A stretch of DNA of 29,810 nt. It comes from an archaeon (GTDB lineage Archaea > Iainarchaeota > Iainarchaeia > Iainarchaeales > JAAZKV01). The position numbers were made by a program, and so were the translations under genes. The notes below the pieces were generated by a model, which searched no databases, had not been told where the DNA came from, and saw only the letters and a list, made by a program, of their open reading frames with translations. The DNA is taken from positions 1 to 29,810 of the forward strand of contig JAVHOV010000036.1 of assembly GCA_036170245.1 (NCBI GenBank). Direction: 5' to 3'. Shown one piece after another: positions 1-8,600 of the stretch. The stretch's first letter is position 1; each line of letters opens with the position of its first letter.

Positions 1-212
1 TGTTTAACAAAACTATTTACAATCAACGTGCGTTAGCTGAAACAGTAAACTCTGCGATTAAACAAACCCTCGGAGGGTTTGTTCGTGCTCGCAGTGCGAG
101 CAATCAACAAAAAACAGTAACAATCAAAGCATTAGCATACAACATTGAACACATCGGACGAATCATAAAAATTAAGCTTTGGATACAAACCAAATAGGAT
201 TTCTACAGAACC
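1..212 (+). mobile_element. Right end of an IS5-family (DDE) insertion sequence, truncated by the window edge
   Basis: The frame starting at nt 3 encodes a transposase C-terminus. It is followed at once by GGATTTCTACAGAACC (197-212), which resembles the terminal IRs I recall for archaeal IS5-family elements. The left IR is outside the window. Confidence 0.75.
3..197 (+). CDS. IS5-family transposase, C-terminal 64 aa (partial, not in ORF track)
   Basis: Manual translation: FNKTIYNQRALAETVNSAIKQTLGGFVRARSASNQQKTVTIKALAYNIEHIGRIIKIKLWIQTK*. It contains the Y-x2-R-x3-E-x6-K (YREK) signature and a downstream AYN. Confidence 0.8.
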   Translation, partial: FNKTIYNQRALAETVNSAIKQTLGGFVRARSASNQQKTVTIKALAYNIEHIGRIIKIKLWIQTK

Positions 213-257
213 GTTGATTTAGTAAGTCTTTTATTCTTGTTTTATCAGGGTTATTAA

Positions 258-2834
258 ATGGATAATAATATTTTTAAGCATCATTCTTTTGTTGGATTTA
301 CTGACAATGAAGCTGCAAAATTACTCCTTACGCACGGGTATAACGAAATTCCTTCTGCTAAAAAAAATACTTTTGTGCATATAATACTTGAAGTTCTAAA
401 AGAACCAATGTTTCTATTGCTGATTGCATGTGGGGTATTGTATTTTTTGTTCGGTGAAATTAATGATGCGTTGCTTTTGATGATTTTTGTTTTTTTGGTG
501 ATTGGGATAACAATTTACCAGGAAAGAAAAGTTGAGAGGGCTCTTGAGGCATTAAGAGATTTGTCAAGTCCTAGGGCTTCAGTAATTAGAAATGGGGAGC
601 AAAAAAAGATTCCTGGAAGAGAAGTAGTTGTGGGGGATTTAATTGCACTTGAAGAAGGGGACAGAGTTCCGGCTGATGCAGTAATACTTGAATCAAGCAA
701 TTTGGTTGTAGATGAGTCTCTTCTAACTGGAGAAAGTTTTCCTGTAAGAAAAATAGAGGGTGATGAAAAATCAAAGTTTCATCCTGCTGGGGGAGAAGAT
801 ACTCCTTTTGTTTATTCAAGCACGCTAATAGTTGGGGGACATGCAATTGCAAGAGTATTAAAAACGGGAATTAATACTCAAGTTGGGTTAATTGGAAAAG
901 AATTAGAAAAACCTCAAAATGAAGAAACGATGCTTCAAAAAGAAACAAATAAAATAGTTGCTATTTTTGCGACAGTTGGATTTATTGTTTGTATATTGAT
1001 TGTTTTCTTTTATTATTTAACGACAAATGATTTTATTCAAGCACTTCTTTCAGGTCTTGCAGTAGCAATGTCAATAGTTCCAGAAGAGTTTGCAGTTGTG
1101 TTAACTGTGTTCTTGGCTCTTGGGGCTTGGAGAATGTCAAAATATAATGCTCTCACAAGAAAATTAAATTCAATTCAAAATATTGGGGCTGCAACAGTGC
1201 TTTGTGTTGATAAAACTGGAACTTTAACAATGAATAAAATGGTTCTAAAAAAAGCATTTGCTAATGGGAAAGAATATGATTTTGAGACTATGGAAGTTCC
1301 AAAGGTATTTCAAAGATTGTTAAAATTTTCAGTGCTTGCAAGCCAAAAAATCCCTTTTGATCCTATGGAAAAAGCGATTAAAGAAGCAGTGAAGCAAAAA
1401 TTATCTTTTTCTGATGATGAAGCCATGGAATTAATCAAAGAATATCCTCTTTCAAAAGAACTTTTAGCACTTTCGCATGTTTGGGGAAATGAAAATAAAA
1501 AAGAATTTATAGTTGCTTCAAAAGGGGCTCCTGAAGCAATAATTGATTTATGTCACTTGGAAAAAAATGAAAAAGAAAAGATACTAAAGCAAGTAAATCA
1601 TTTTTCAAACCAAGGTTACAGAGTTCTTGGAGTTGCTTCTTCAGATTTTAAATGTTCAAAAAATAAATCGCTTGAATTGGATCTTCCAAAAATACAGCAT
1701 GATTTTGAGTTTGAATTTCTTGGGCTAATTGCTTTAGAAGATCCTGTAAGAGAAAGTGTGCCTAATGCAATTAAGGAATGTTACTCAGCAGGCATTAAAG
1801 TAATAATGATTACTGGGGATTATGCTGGTACTGCGCAGCACGTTGCAAAGCATGCTGGGTTTTCTTCTTTTAGTGAAGTCATAACGGGAAAAGAGCTTGA
1901 CAACATGACTCAAGAAGTGTTAAGAGAAAAATTAAAGACAGTAAATTTATTTGCAAGAATTGCTCCTGAACAAAAATTAAGAATAGTTAATGCTCTAAAA
2001 GAAAATAAAGAAATTGTTGTAATGACGGGGGATGGAGTAAATGATGCGCCTGCGCTCAAAGCAGCACACGTTGGAATTGCAATGGGTGCAAGGGGAACAG
2101 AAGTAGCAAGAGAATCTGCTGCAATAGTTTTAGTTGATGATGATTTTGCTTCAATAGTAAAAGCTGTAAGAATGGGCAGAAGAATATTTGATAACATAAA
2201 AAAAGCAATGACTTACATTATAGCAATACACATTCCAATAGCTGGGCTTGCGCTATTTCCTGTGCTATTTGAATGGCCACTCATATTTTTTCCAGCGCAT
2301 ATTGCATTTTTAGAACTTGTAATTGATCCTGTGTGTTCAATTGCATTTGAAGCAGAACCTGAAGAAAAAGATATTATGAAAAAGAAGCCAAGGAAATTAA
2401 GCGAGCCTCTTTTTGATAAAAAAACTTTATTCATAGGGATAGTACAAGGAATATTTGTTCTTTTAGTTGTTCTGATTGTGTTTGGTTTTGCTTTGTGGAC
2501 AAATCAAACTGATGTTAATGCGCGAGCTTTGGCTTTTACAATATTAATAATTTCAAATTTACTTATAGTGTACTCAATGCGATCAAATTCTCAGACAATA
2601 ATAGAGACTTTGTCTTCCCCAAACAAAGCACTTTATGTTGTTTCAGGGGTTGCAGTTTTGTTACTGTTAATAGTTCTTTATGTTCCGTTCTTCCAGCAAT
2701 TATTTCACTTCTCTTTCCTTCATCCAATTGACTTGGTTTACTGTATAATTGCAGGCCTAATGACAGTAATTCTGTTTGAAGCATTAAAAGTTTATAATAG
2801 AATAATTGGGGCAAATGGTACAGTGACACAATAG
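258..2834 (+). CDS. Cation-translocating P-type ATPase (P2-like)
   Basis: Motifs TGES, PEEF, phosphorylation site DKTGTLT, KGAPE, MITGD and TGDGVNDAPALK, plus about 10 hydrophobic segments. The transported ion cannot be determined. Confidence 0.95.
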   Translation: MDNNIFKHHSFVGFTDNEAAKLLLTHGYNEIPSAKKNTFVHIILEVLKEPMFLLLIACGVLYFLFGEINDALLLMIFVFLVIGITIYQERKVERALEALRDLSSPRASVIRNGEQKKIPGREVVVGDLIALEEGDRVPADAVILESSNLVVDESLLTGESFPVRKIEGDEKSKFHPAGGEDTPFVYSSTLIVGGHAIARVLKTGINTQVGLIGKELEKPQNEETMLQKETNKIVAIFATVGFIVCILIVFFYYLTTNDFIQALLSGLAVAMSIVPEEFAVVLTVFLALGAWRMSKYNALTRKLNSIQNIGAATVLCVDKTGTLTMNKMVLKKAFANGKEYDFETMEVPKVFQRLLKFSVLASQKIPFDPMEKAIKEAVKQKLSFSDDEAMELIKEYPLSKELLALSHVWGNENKKEFIVASKGAPEAIIDLCHLEKNEKEKILKQVNHFSNQGYRVLGVASSDFKCSKNKSLELDLPKIQHDFEFEFLGLIALEDPVRESVPNAIKECYSAGIKVIMITGDYAGTAQHVAKHAGFSSFSEVITGKELDNMTQEVLREKLKTVNLFARIAPEQKLRIVNALKENKEIVVMTGDGVNDAPALKAAHVGIAMGARGTEVARESAAIVLVDDDFASIVKAVRMGRRIFDNIKKAMTYIIAIHIPIAGLALFPVLFEWPLIFFPAHIAFLELVIDPVCSIAFEAEPEEKDIMKKKPRKLSEPLFDKKTLFIGIVQGIFVLLVVLIVFGFALWTNQTDVNARALAFTILIISNLLIVYSMRSNSQTIIETLSSPNKALYVVSGVAVLLLLIVLYVPFFQQLFHFSFLHPIDLVYCIIAGLMTVILFEALKVYNRIIGANGTVTQ

Positions 2835-2885
2835 GTTTTTGCTTTAGGCATTAATTTTTAAGCACTTAATGAATAAATTATTGTT

Positions 2886-3590
2886 ATGAAAACAAAAGTA
2901 CAACCAAAGATTGTTAAAGAAAAAGAAAACCTTTTTTCTAATGCGCTGAGCTTTACAAAAGAAAACAAAGGATTCATGATTGCGTTGATAATTCTTTTGA
3001 TTTCAATTTTATTTTTGCAAGTTTCTTTAAAGAGCGATTTCTCACAAGAAAAAGCAACTTATATTTTAGATATGCACACCAATAATCAAACTGAAATTGA
3101 CACTTATCTAAGTTCAATTGATACCCAATTAGCTGAAGATAAAGAAGATGTGCTTGATGATTATTTTTTAGCTTCAGCAAGAAGCGATTTTGTTTGGTTG
3201 AAAGAAAAAGAAACTCAATTGTATAATTCAAAACCTAGTACGGATTTGTATGCAAAGGAAGCAGCATTCTCTACTTTTTTATTAAAAATGATTGAATTAA
3301 ATGAAGCTTTTGGAGTAAGAATTGGAGAGCCAGATTATGCTACAACAATTGAACAAGCAAAAACTGAACAAATTACAGTTCCTTTAATTTTTACTCAAGA
3401 AAAAATAGTTACTTTGCTTGACGGGGATGTAAGAGAAGCAAATATTTTTTCAAATACTCTAAATTATTTGTTCAATGAATATATTGAAATGAAGAAAAAA
3501 ACAATTTCAGAAGACACTGTGCTTGAATCAAAGTATGTTGAATCAAAAAAATTGCTTTTAGTTCCTCAGTTGACTGAGTATACCGAATAA
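2886..3590 (+). CDS. Hypothetical protein with one N-terminal membrane anchor
   Basis: 234-aa ORF with basic N-terminus, hydrophobic stretch FMIALIILLISILFLQV and an acidic remainder. Confidence 0.75.
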   Translation: MKTKVQPKIVKEKENLFSNALSFTKENKGFMIALIILLISILFLQVSLKSDFSQEKATYILDMHTNNQTEIDTYLSSIDTQLAEDKEDVLDDYFLASARSDFVWLKEKETQLYNSKPSTDLYAKEAAFSTFLLKMIELNEAFGVRIGEPDYATTIEQAKTEQITVPLIFTQEKIVTLLDGDVREANIFSNTLNYLFNEYIEMKKKTISEDTVLESKYVESKKLLLVPQLTEYTE

Positions 3591-3612
3591 AAAATGCAGT
3601 TTATTTTTTTAG

Positions 3613-4320
3613 TTATTCTTTTTTTGGCATCATTGCAATCAATTCGTCAATAGTAATTTCTCCAAGTTCACTGTCTGAAAAAAACAAAATTCCTTTCTTT
3701 GGAGAGTAATGCCACACACTCAAAAAAGATTTTTTGTCAACTTCCTTAAAATAATCTTGGACTTTAGCATAATAATTTTTTGATTCAATTGAAAGATTCT
3801 TTTCTGTGCTTTGGTATAATTTGCAGAAAGGGTATTGTTCCCTAAGATCAGGCATTGCAATAAATGGAAATAATCTGCATGGGGTAGGCCTTGCTTCATA
3901 AACTTTACAGCAATTTTTTGCATCAATAAAAATACAAGCATTTCTTTTTTCCCTTTTTATTATATTCTTAAAAAAAGTCTGCGTGATTACTTCTTCTCTT
4001 TTTAGAACAATTTGGGGTACAATAAAAAAACTATCTGCGATTTGGAAATTTTTTTTCTTAATTAAATTAATTATGCTTTGTGGAAAAAAAGTACTTGGGA
4101 AAGTTAAAACTCCTTGCGTGCTTTTTGGGTAAATTTTTACATTCAACATGCAGTATTCTTCCAAAAACTTTTTTTTGGTAATGTTTAATTCATTTGCAAG
4201 TTTAGTTAATTCCGTAGGAAGTATTGTAATCCAGTATCTTTTACAACATTCTCCGCACTCAAGGCAAAGAACTGATTCCTCTTTTTTTGAGAGTTTTGGC
4301 TGAATTTGGCCCATATTCAT
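3613..4320 (-). CDS. YkgJ-family (CxxCxxCC) cysteine-cluster protein
   Basis: CLECGECC near the N-terminus and CIFI...CKVYEARPTPCRLFPF later. Confidence 0.85.
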   Translation of the reverse strand: MNMGQIQPKLSKKEESVLCLECGECCKRYWITILPTELTKLANELNITKKKFLEEYCMLNVKIYPKSTQGVLTFPSTFFPQSIINLIKKKNFQIADSFFIVPQIVLKREEVITQTFFKNIIKREKRNACIFIDAKNCCKVYEARPTPCRLFPFIAMPDLREQYPFCKLYQSTEKNLSIESKNYYAKVQDYFKEVDKKSFLSVWHYSPKKGILFFSDSELGEITIDELIAMMPKKE

Positions 4321-4419
4321 TTTAGGATTGAATAGGGAAGGCTTTAAAAGTTTATTAAATGAAAAATATGTAGTAAATCACAAGACAAAGTTTTGTGAAA
4401 TCAAAAAGCATTAATTAAT

Positions 4420-4525
4420 GCCCTTATGGCTCAGTTGGTAGAGCGCCGGTTTTGTATCCGATTGCGACGAATAGTTGGATTGGTAAATTAACCGATGGTC
4501 GTGGGTTCGAATCCCACTAAGGGCT
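4420..4525 (+). tRNA. tRNA-Thr(TGT) with 33-nt intron (4457-4489) at position 37/38
   Basis: Acceptor GCCCTTA/TAAGGGC; D arm GCTC/GAGC; anticodon stem CCGGT/ACCGA (C27-A43 mismatch); anticodon TGT at 4453-4455; T arm GTGGG-TTCGAAT-CCCAC; U73. BHB motif: TTTG/TAAA central helix, 3-nt bulges, CCGA/TTGG outer helix. Spliced length 73 nt. Confidence 0.93.
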
Positions 4526-4581
4526 TTTTCTTTTTTTTTAGTAAGTTTTTTTGGGAATGCAATACCTTTAGCAAAGGGATT

Positions 4582-4623
4582 GCGGGTTAGAATCCCTACT
4601 ATGGGGCTTTTTCTTTTTTTTTA
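4582..4623 (+). repeat. Degenerate direct copy of the tRNA-Thr 3' end plus oligo-T
   Basis: GCGGGTTAGAATCCCTACTATGGGGCTTTTTC versus tRNA GTGGGTTCGAATCCCACTAAGGGCTTTTTC. The 20 nt at 4604-4623 are identical to 4521-4540. Confidence 0.85.
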
Positions 4624-4750
4624 ATATATTTATCTTTGTTAGTAAAGTGTTATGCAGTGCTAATTGAGCATTAAACACACCAAAAGAATATTCTTTTCTT
4701 AAGTAAAAAATTAAAAAAAACTAAAAATTAGACTTCTTAAAAATTTAGAA

Positions 4751-4772
4751 AGAAAAGGATTTCTCCCTTTCT
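4751..4772 (-). terminator. Hairpin followed by a T-rich tract downstream of the CxxC-x17-CxxC gene
   Basis: Minus strand AGAAAGGGA-GAAA-TCCTTTTCT, then TTCTAAATTTTT, about 20 nt after the stop codon. Confidence 0.55.
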
Positions 4773-4792
4773 TTTGCTAAAAATCAAAGATT

Positions 4793-5029
4793 TTACTCTT
4801 CTTGAGATTCGTCAGACTCGTTGTCCCCGCCTTCTCTTCTGAAGCTAGGTCTGTTTGTTGGTCTGTCGTTTTTGTGCTTCTGGTAGCAATCTCTGCAATA
4901 AACTGGTCTGCCTTCAATTGGTTTGAATGGCACTTTAGTTTGTGCACCGCAGTCAGAGCATGTTGCGTCGCTCATTTCTCTAGGCCCGCCGAAGCTAGGT
5001 CTACTATTTCCGTATCGTCTTCCTTCCAT
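4793..5029 (-). CDS. CxxC-x17-CxxC zinc-ribbon domain protein
   Basis: ATCSDCGAQTKVPFKPIEGRPVYCRDCY matches the family pattern; AGGTGA RBS upstream of the ATG. Confidence 0.92.
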   Translation of the reverse strand: MEGRRYGNSRPSFGGPREMSDATCSDCGAQTKVPFKPIEGRPVYCRDCYQKHKNDRPTNRPSFRREGGDNESDESQEE

Positions 5030-5120
5030 TATATTTCACCTTTGTTTTTACAAAAGCTGCATTCTTCACTTATTCAGTGCTAATTACTAGCTTTTCTAAT
5101 TTAATTATTATCTGGTGGGG

Positions 5121-5130
5121 GTTATAAACC
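5121..5130 (-). promoter_or_regulatory. TATA box of the CxxC-x17-CxxC gene
   Basis: Minus strand GGTTTATAAC in an otherwise GC-richer patch; implies a 5' UTR of about 70 nt. Confidence 0.55.
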
Positions 5131-5279
5131 TATTGGGAGGGGTCTGCCGGCGAGGTAAAAATTAGGATTTTTTTAGAAAAAGAACTCTTTTGAAAGTAAC
5201 TTTTTACGGTTAAAGAAAGATTTTTATAGTATTTTGAATGAAATAATACTTAGTATTTAACTTTAAATAAGGTGAAAAA

Positions 5280-5444
5280 ATGGCTGATAATCTAGAAAAG
5301 GGAATTCTTTGCATAATTGCTGCAGTATTCTTTCTATTTTCAGGACTTGAGATACTTGATTTTCAGGTATTTGACCCAGGGTTTAGTATGATTTTAGCAT
5401 TCATTTGCCTAGGCGTTGGAATGTATTTTATAACAAAGAAATAA
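5280..5444 (+). CDS. Small two-helix membrane protein, 54 aa (not in ORF track)
   Basis: AGGTGA RBS at 5270-5275; MADNLEKGILCIIAAVFFLFSGLEILDFQVFDPGFSMILAFICLGVGMYFITKK*. Confidence 0.75.
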   Translation: MADNLEKGILCIIAAVFFLFSGLEILDFQVFDPGFSMILAFICLGVGMYFITKK

Positions 5445-5610
5445 AGTTTTTCTAACATAAAATTATTTTTTTATTAGGCTAACCTTTTTTTAGAAGTTCT
5501 CTCTAAAAAAGTCAAAAAAATTTTTATTTTTTAAAAAAATATTGGAAAACCTGTTTCTTTTGAAATTTAGTAAGGTTTATTAACCACGACAACGTTCTCC
5601 TTTAATTAAA

Positions 5611-8600
5611 GTGATTTTTTTGGGAATTTATACTTACCTTGAAGATAAATGGTATGATTTAGTCGACTGGCTAAATCAATATATCCCAATTGCAAATGTA
5701 GTTGATTCTGTTGATAGAGTAATCCCTAGTTTTATCCTTTTCCTAGCTCTTTTGCTATTATTATTAGTTGGAATTTTTGTTTTAATATTTTCTGGTGGTG
5801 GAGCAGGATTTGGCTCAGTTTTTGAAGCTGAAGTTACTGTTTTGTCTAGACAAGGTGCGCCAGTTCCTGAAGCAATAGTTTCATTCGGTCAGGTTTGTTC
5901 AACTTTAGGGGATGTAACAATAAGAACTGACTCTGAAGGTAAAGCTACTTTCAAAGCATGTTCTGATTCTGCAAATGTCAGAGTCTCAAAGGAAGGATAT
6001 TCTACTTTGAGTCAGGATATTTCTTTTGAAAATAATAAGGCAAAAATTTATCTTTCTCAATTGACAACTGCTCAAAGAATAATAAACTTGAAAGTAAAAG
6101 ATTCTTCAAAGAAAATAATTCCTGATGCAAAATTATATTTATTGTGCGTGAAAGGCGGAAACATTGATGTGAATTTGGCTGAAAATGGAAATCAGTCTTC
6201 TTCAGGTTATTTAATTACTCTCCCTAGTGGATGTGATTCAATTCAATTAAAGGCAACCGCTGAAGGGTATAATGAAAAGAAAGAAATAATTGGACTTGTT
6301 GAGGAAAATAAAACCATTTTCCTTGAAAAAAATGAAACAAACGGGACTGTTGTATTTACAGTTGACAGTGCTTCTGGAAAAAAAGATGCAGTTATTTTAG
6401 TTACTGATGAACTTGGAAGAGAGGACACAATAATAATTGATGATTCTACAGGAAGTTCTACAAAAAATTATTCTTCAGGAAGTTATTCTTACACTGCAAC
6501 TTTGTATGGAGTTCAAAAAAGCGGAACTTTTATTGTAACAACTGGGCAAACAACTGACGTTGAAATATTTTTCAAGAGCGTTACTCCTGCTAGTATAGAT
6601 CCTGTTGTAAAAGGAACTGCATCTGGAATTTATTTGAAATTACTTGACGGAAATATTGGTGTTGGGGGAGCAGAATTAAGAGTATTTTACAAAAAAGGAA
6701 ATGACACTAATTATTTTACAAAACTTTATTCAAGCTATAGCGGAATAGTTGGTCATTCCCCTGTAAGCGATTATAACTCAAAAGAATATTATGTTTTAAT
6801 AAAATCACTTGAATATGAAACAAAATTAGTTAAGGTTGATTTGAAAACTGCAACTGAAGCTCCTCAGGAAATTATTCTTTCAAAGGGCGGAGCAGATTTG
6901 AAAATTAAAGTAATTGATGATGTTAATGCAGTTGTAAAAAATGCAGTTGTTTCTCTAAAGAAAAGCGATTTTGGAATAGCAAATTTTGAAGAACCTCAAA
7001 CTACTGACAGCAATGGAAGAGTTGAATTCAAATCTTTACCAAATGGGTATTACAAAATAACTGGAGTATCATCTACTCAGGAAGGAACAATAGGTTCACT
7101 TAGAGTAAGCGGGGACGCGGAAGTTGTTTTGACCATAGTTACTGGTACAGGAAGCATAAAATTTAATTTAATTGACAACAAGGGTGAAACAAGAAATGCT
7201 TACTGCGAACTTTTTGAGTCAGTGAACAATAGTAATGACGTTTTGCTTTCAAGTGCAAACACTACTTTAGGATACTTCCAAGCAGCTTCTCTTAAGGCAA
7301 AGAAAAATATTTACTTGTCTGTTCCTGACACTAATTACATTTACGTTGAGAGCCCAGTAGTTGAAGTAAAAAGAGGAACTCAGACTAGAGACATTATTTT
7401 GTACAAGCAATCTGAATTGCCTAATTCAAACAAGGTTCAGATGTTTCTTGAAGGCATTTTTGAATCAAACCCTTGGGCTACAAACGAATCAAAGGCAACA
7501 AAACTGCTTCCTGGAAAAAAATATTACATGCTTTTTACTTTAATTGCAAATAATGAAACCAGTGTTAATACTACTGCAAATATTTTTGTTTCTCCAAAAG
7601 ACAAAAACGCAATTGATGCTAATACAAAAATGTTTTTGGAAGATGCTTACTCAACAAGATCAGCAATAGTTCAAACTTCTTTAGTGATGAACTCTTCAAT
7701 TATTCCTTATAACCCATTGACTCCAAGTAACCCTACTCACGCCAAGCAACTGAATGTTTACTTTGGCGAAAAACAGGGGCTAATTGCATTCCCTTTGCTT
7801 GTACAGGTAAGCATTGATGCAAATGCAGTAGGGAGCACTACTCTTTATTGGGAAGGAATTGCAGGAAACAACAAAAGTATTTTGTATTCAAAAGAATTTA
7901 CTTTAGGTCAGTCATTTTGCTTTGGAGCACATGATTGTCCTGATTTGTTATTTTCAAATTACATAAAGCGACAGGGAACTAATGAATCATGGGTTCCTAT
8001 TGGAAATTATTCAACAATCCAGATAGGAGAGTTGTACGATTTGAATGTAGTAGTTGAGAACCTTACTGATGTAGAAATTGGATCAGCAAACATAGTTGGA
8101 AAAATAAAACCAACTTCACAGACTAAAGTACTATTTGAAAATGATTTAAACAAAGTTTTATCAAGTGTAAATGTTTCTCAGTTTGATACAAATTGGGCTA
8201 AGTTTGTTTTGGAACCTTTAGCAGTTTCTCCTGCAGTGAGCGTAATTGAATCACTTGAAAACGGAAGCGAACTTTCTAGCTATAACGGAAACAATGCTGA
8301 AGTAAAATTTGCTGTAAAGAATAAGGAAGATATCAATATGCAGGTAATTGCAACAAATACTCTCAACACAATATATGCGGGCACTGAGTATTCTTTGTTT
8401 TACATAAAAACTTTTTACAAGTCAAATAAACTTCCTTCAAAAACAATTTGGGAAGCAAAAGTTAAAGGGGCAAATTTTTCTTTCGCAACAGGAACTACTG
8501 ATGAAAATGGGGAGTGGCTTGGCTCAATGGATTTTTCAGGATTTGAAAAAGGAACTGTAATAGTATTTACTGCACATGATGCAAACGGATCAAATCCTGC

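Noticed and set aside
4802..5083. 93-aa plus-strand ORF, and the other short antisense or off-frame ORFs inside long genes
   Set aside because: Shadow frames of well-supported genes with no recognisable motifs.
4655..5085. TTAGCACT (minus strand) as a CIRCE/HrcA operator
   Set aside because: Only isolated half-sites; the inverted partner at 9-nt spacing is missing.
5111..5145. TCTGGTGGGGGTTATA and TTGGGAGGGGTC resemble the tRNA-Tyr repeat
   Set aside because: No GCAAGT T-loop part, 16 kb from tRNA-Tyr, and adequately explained as the promoter region of the minus-strand gene.
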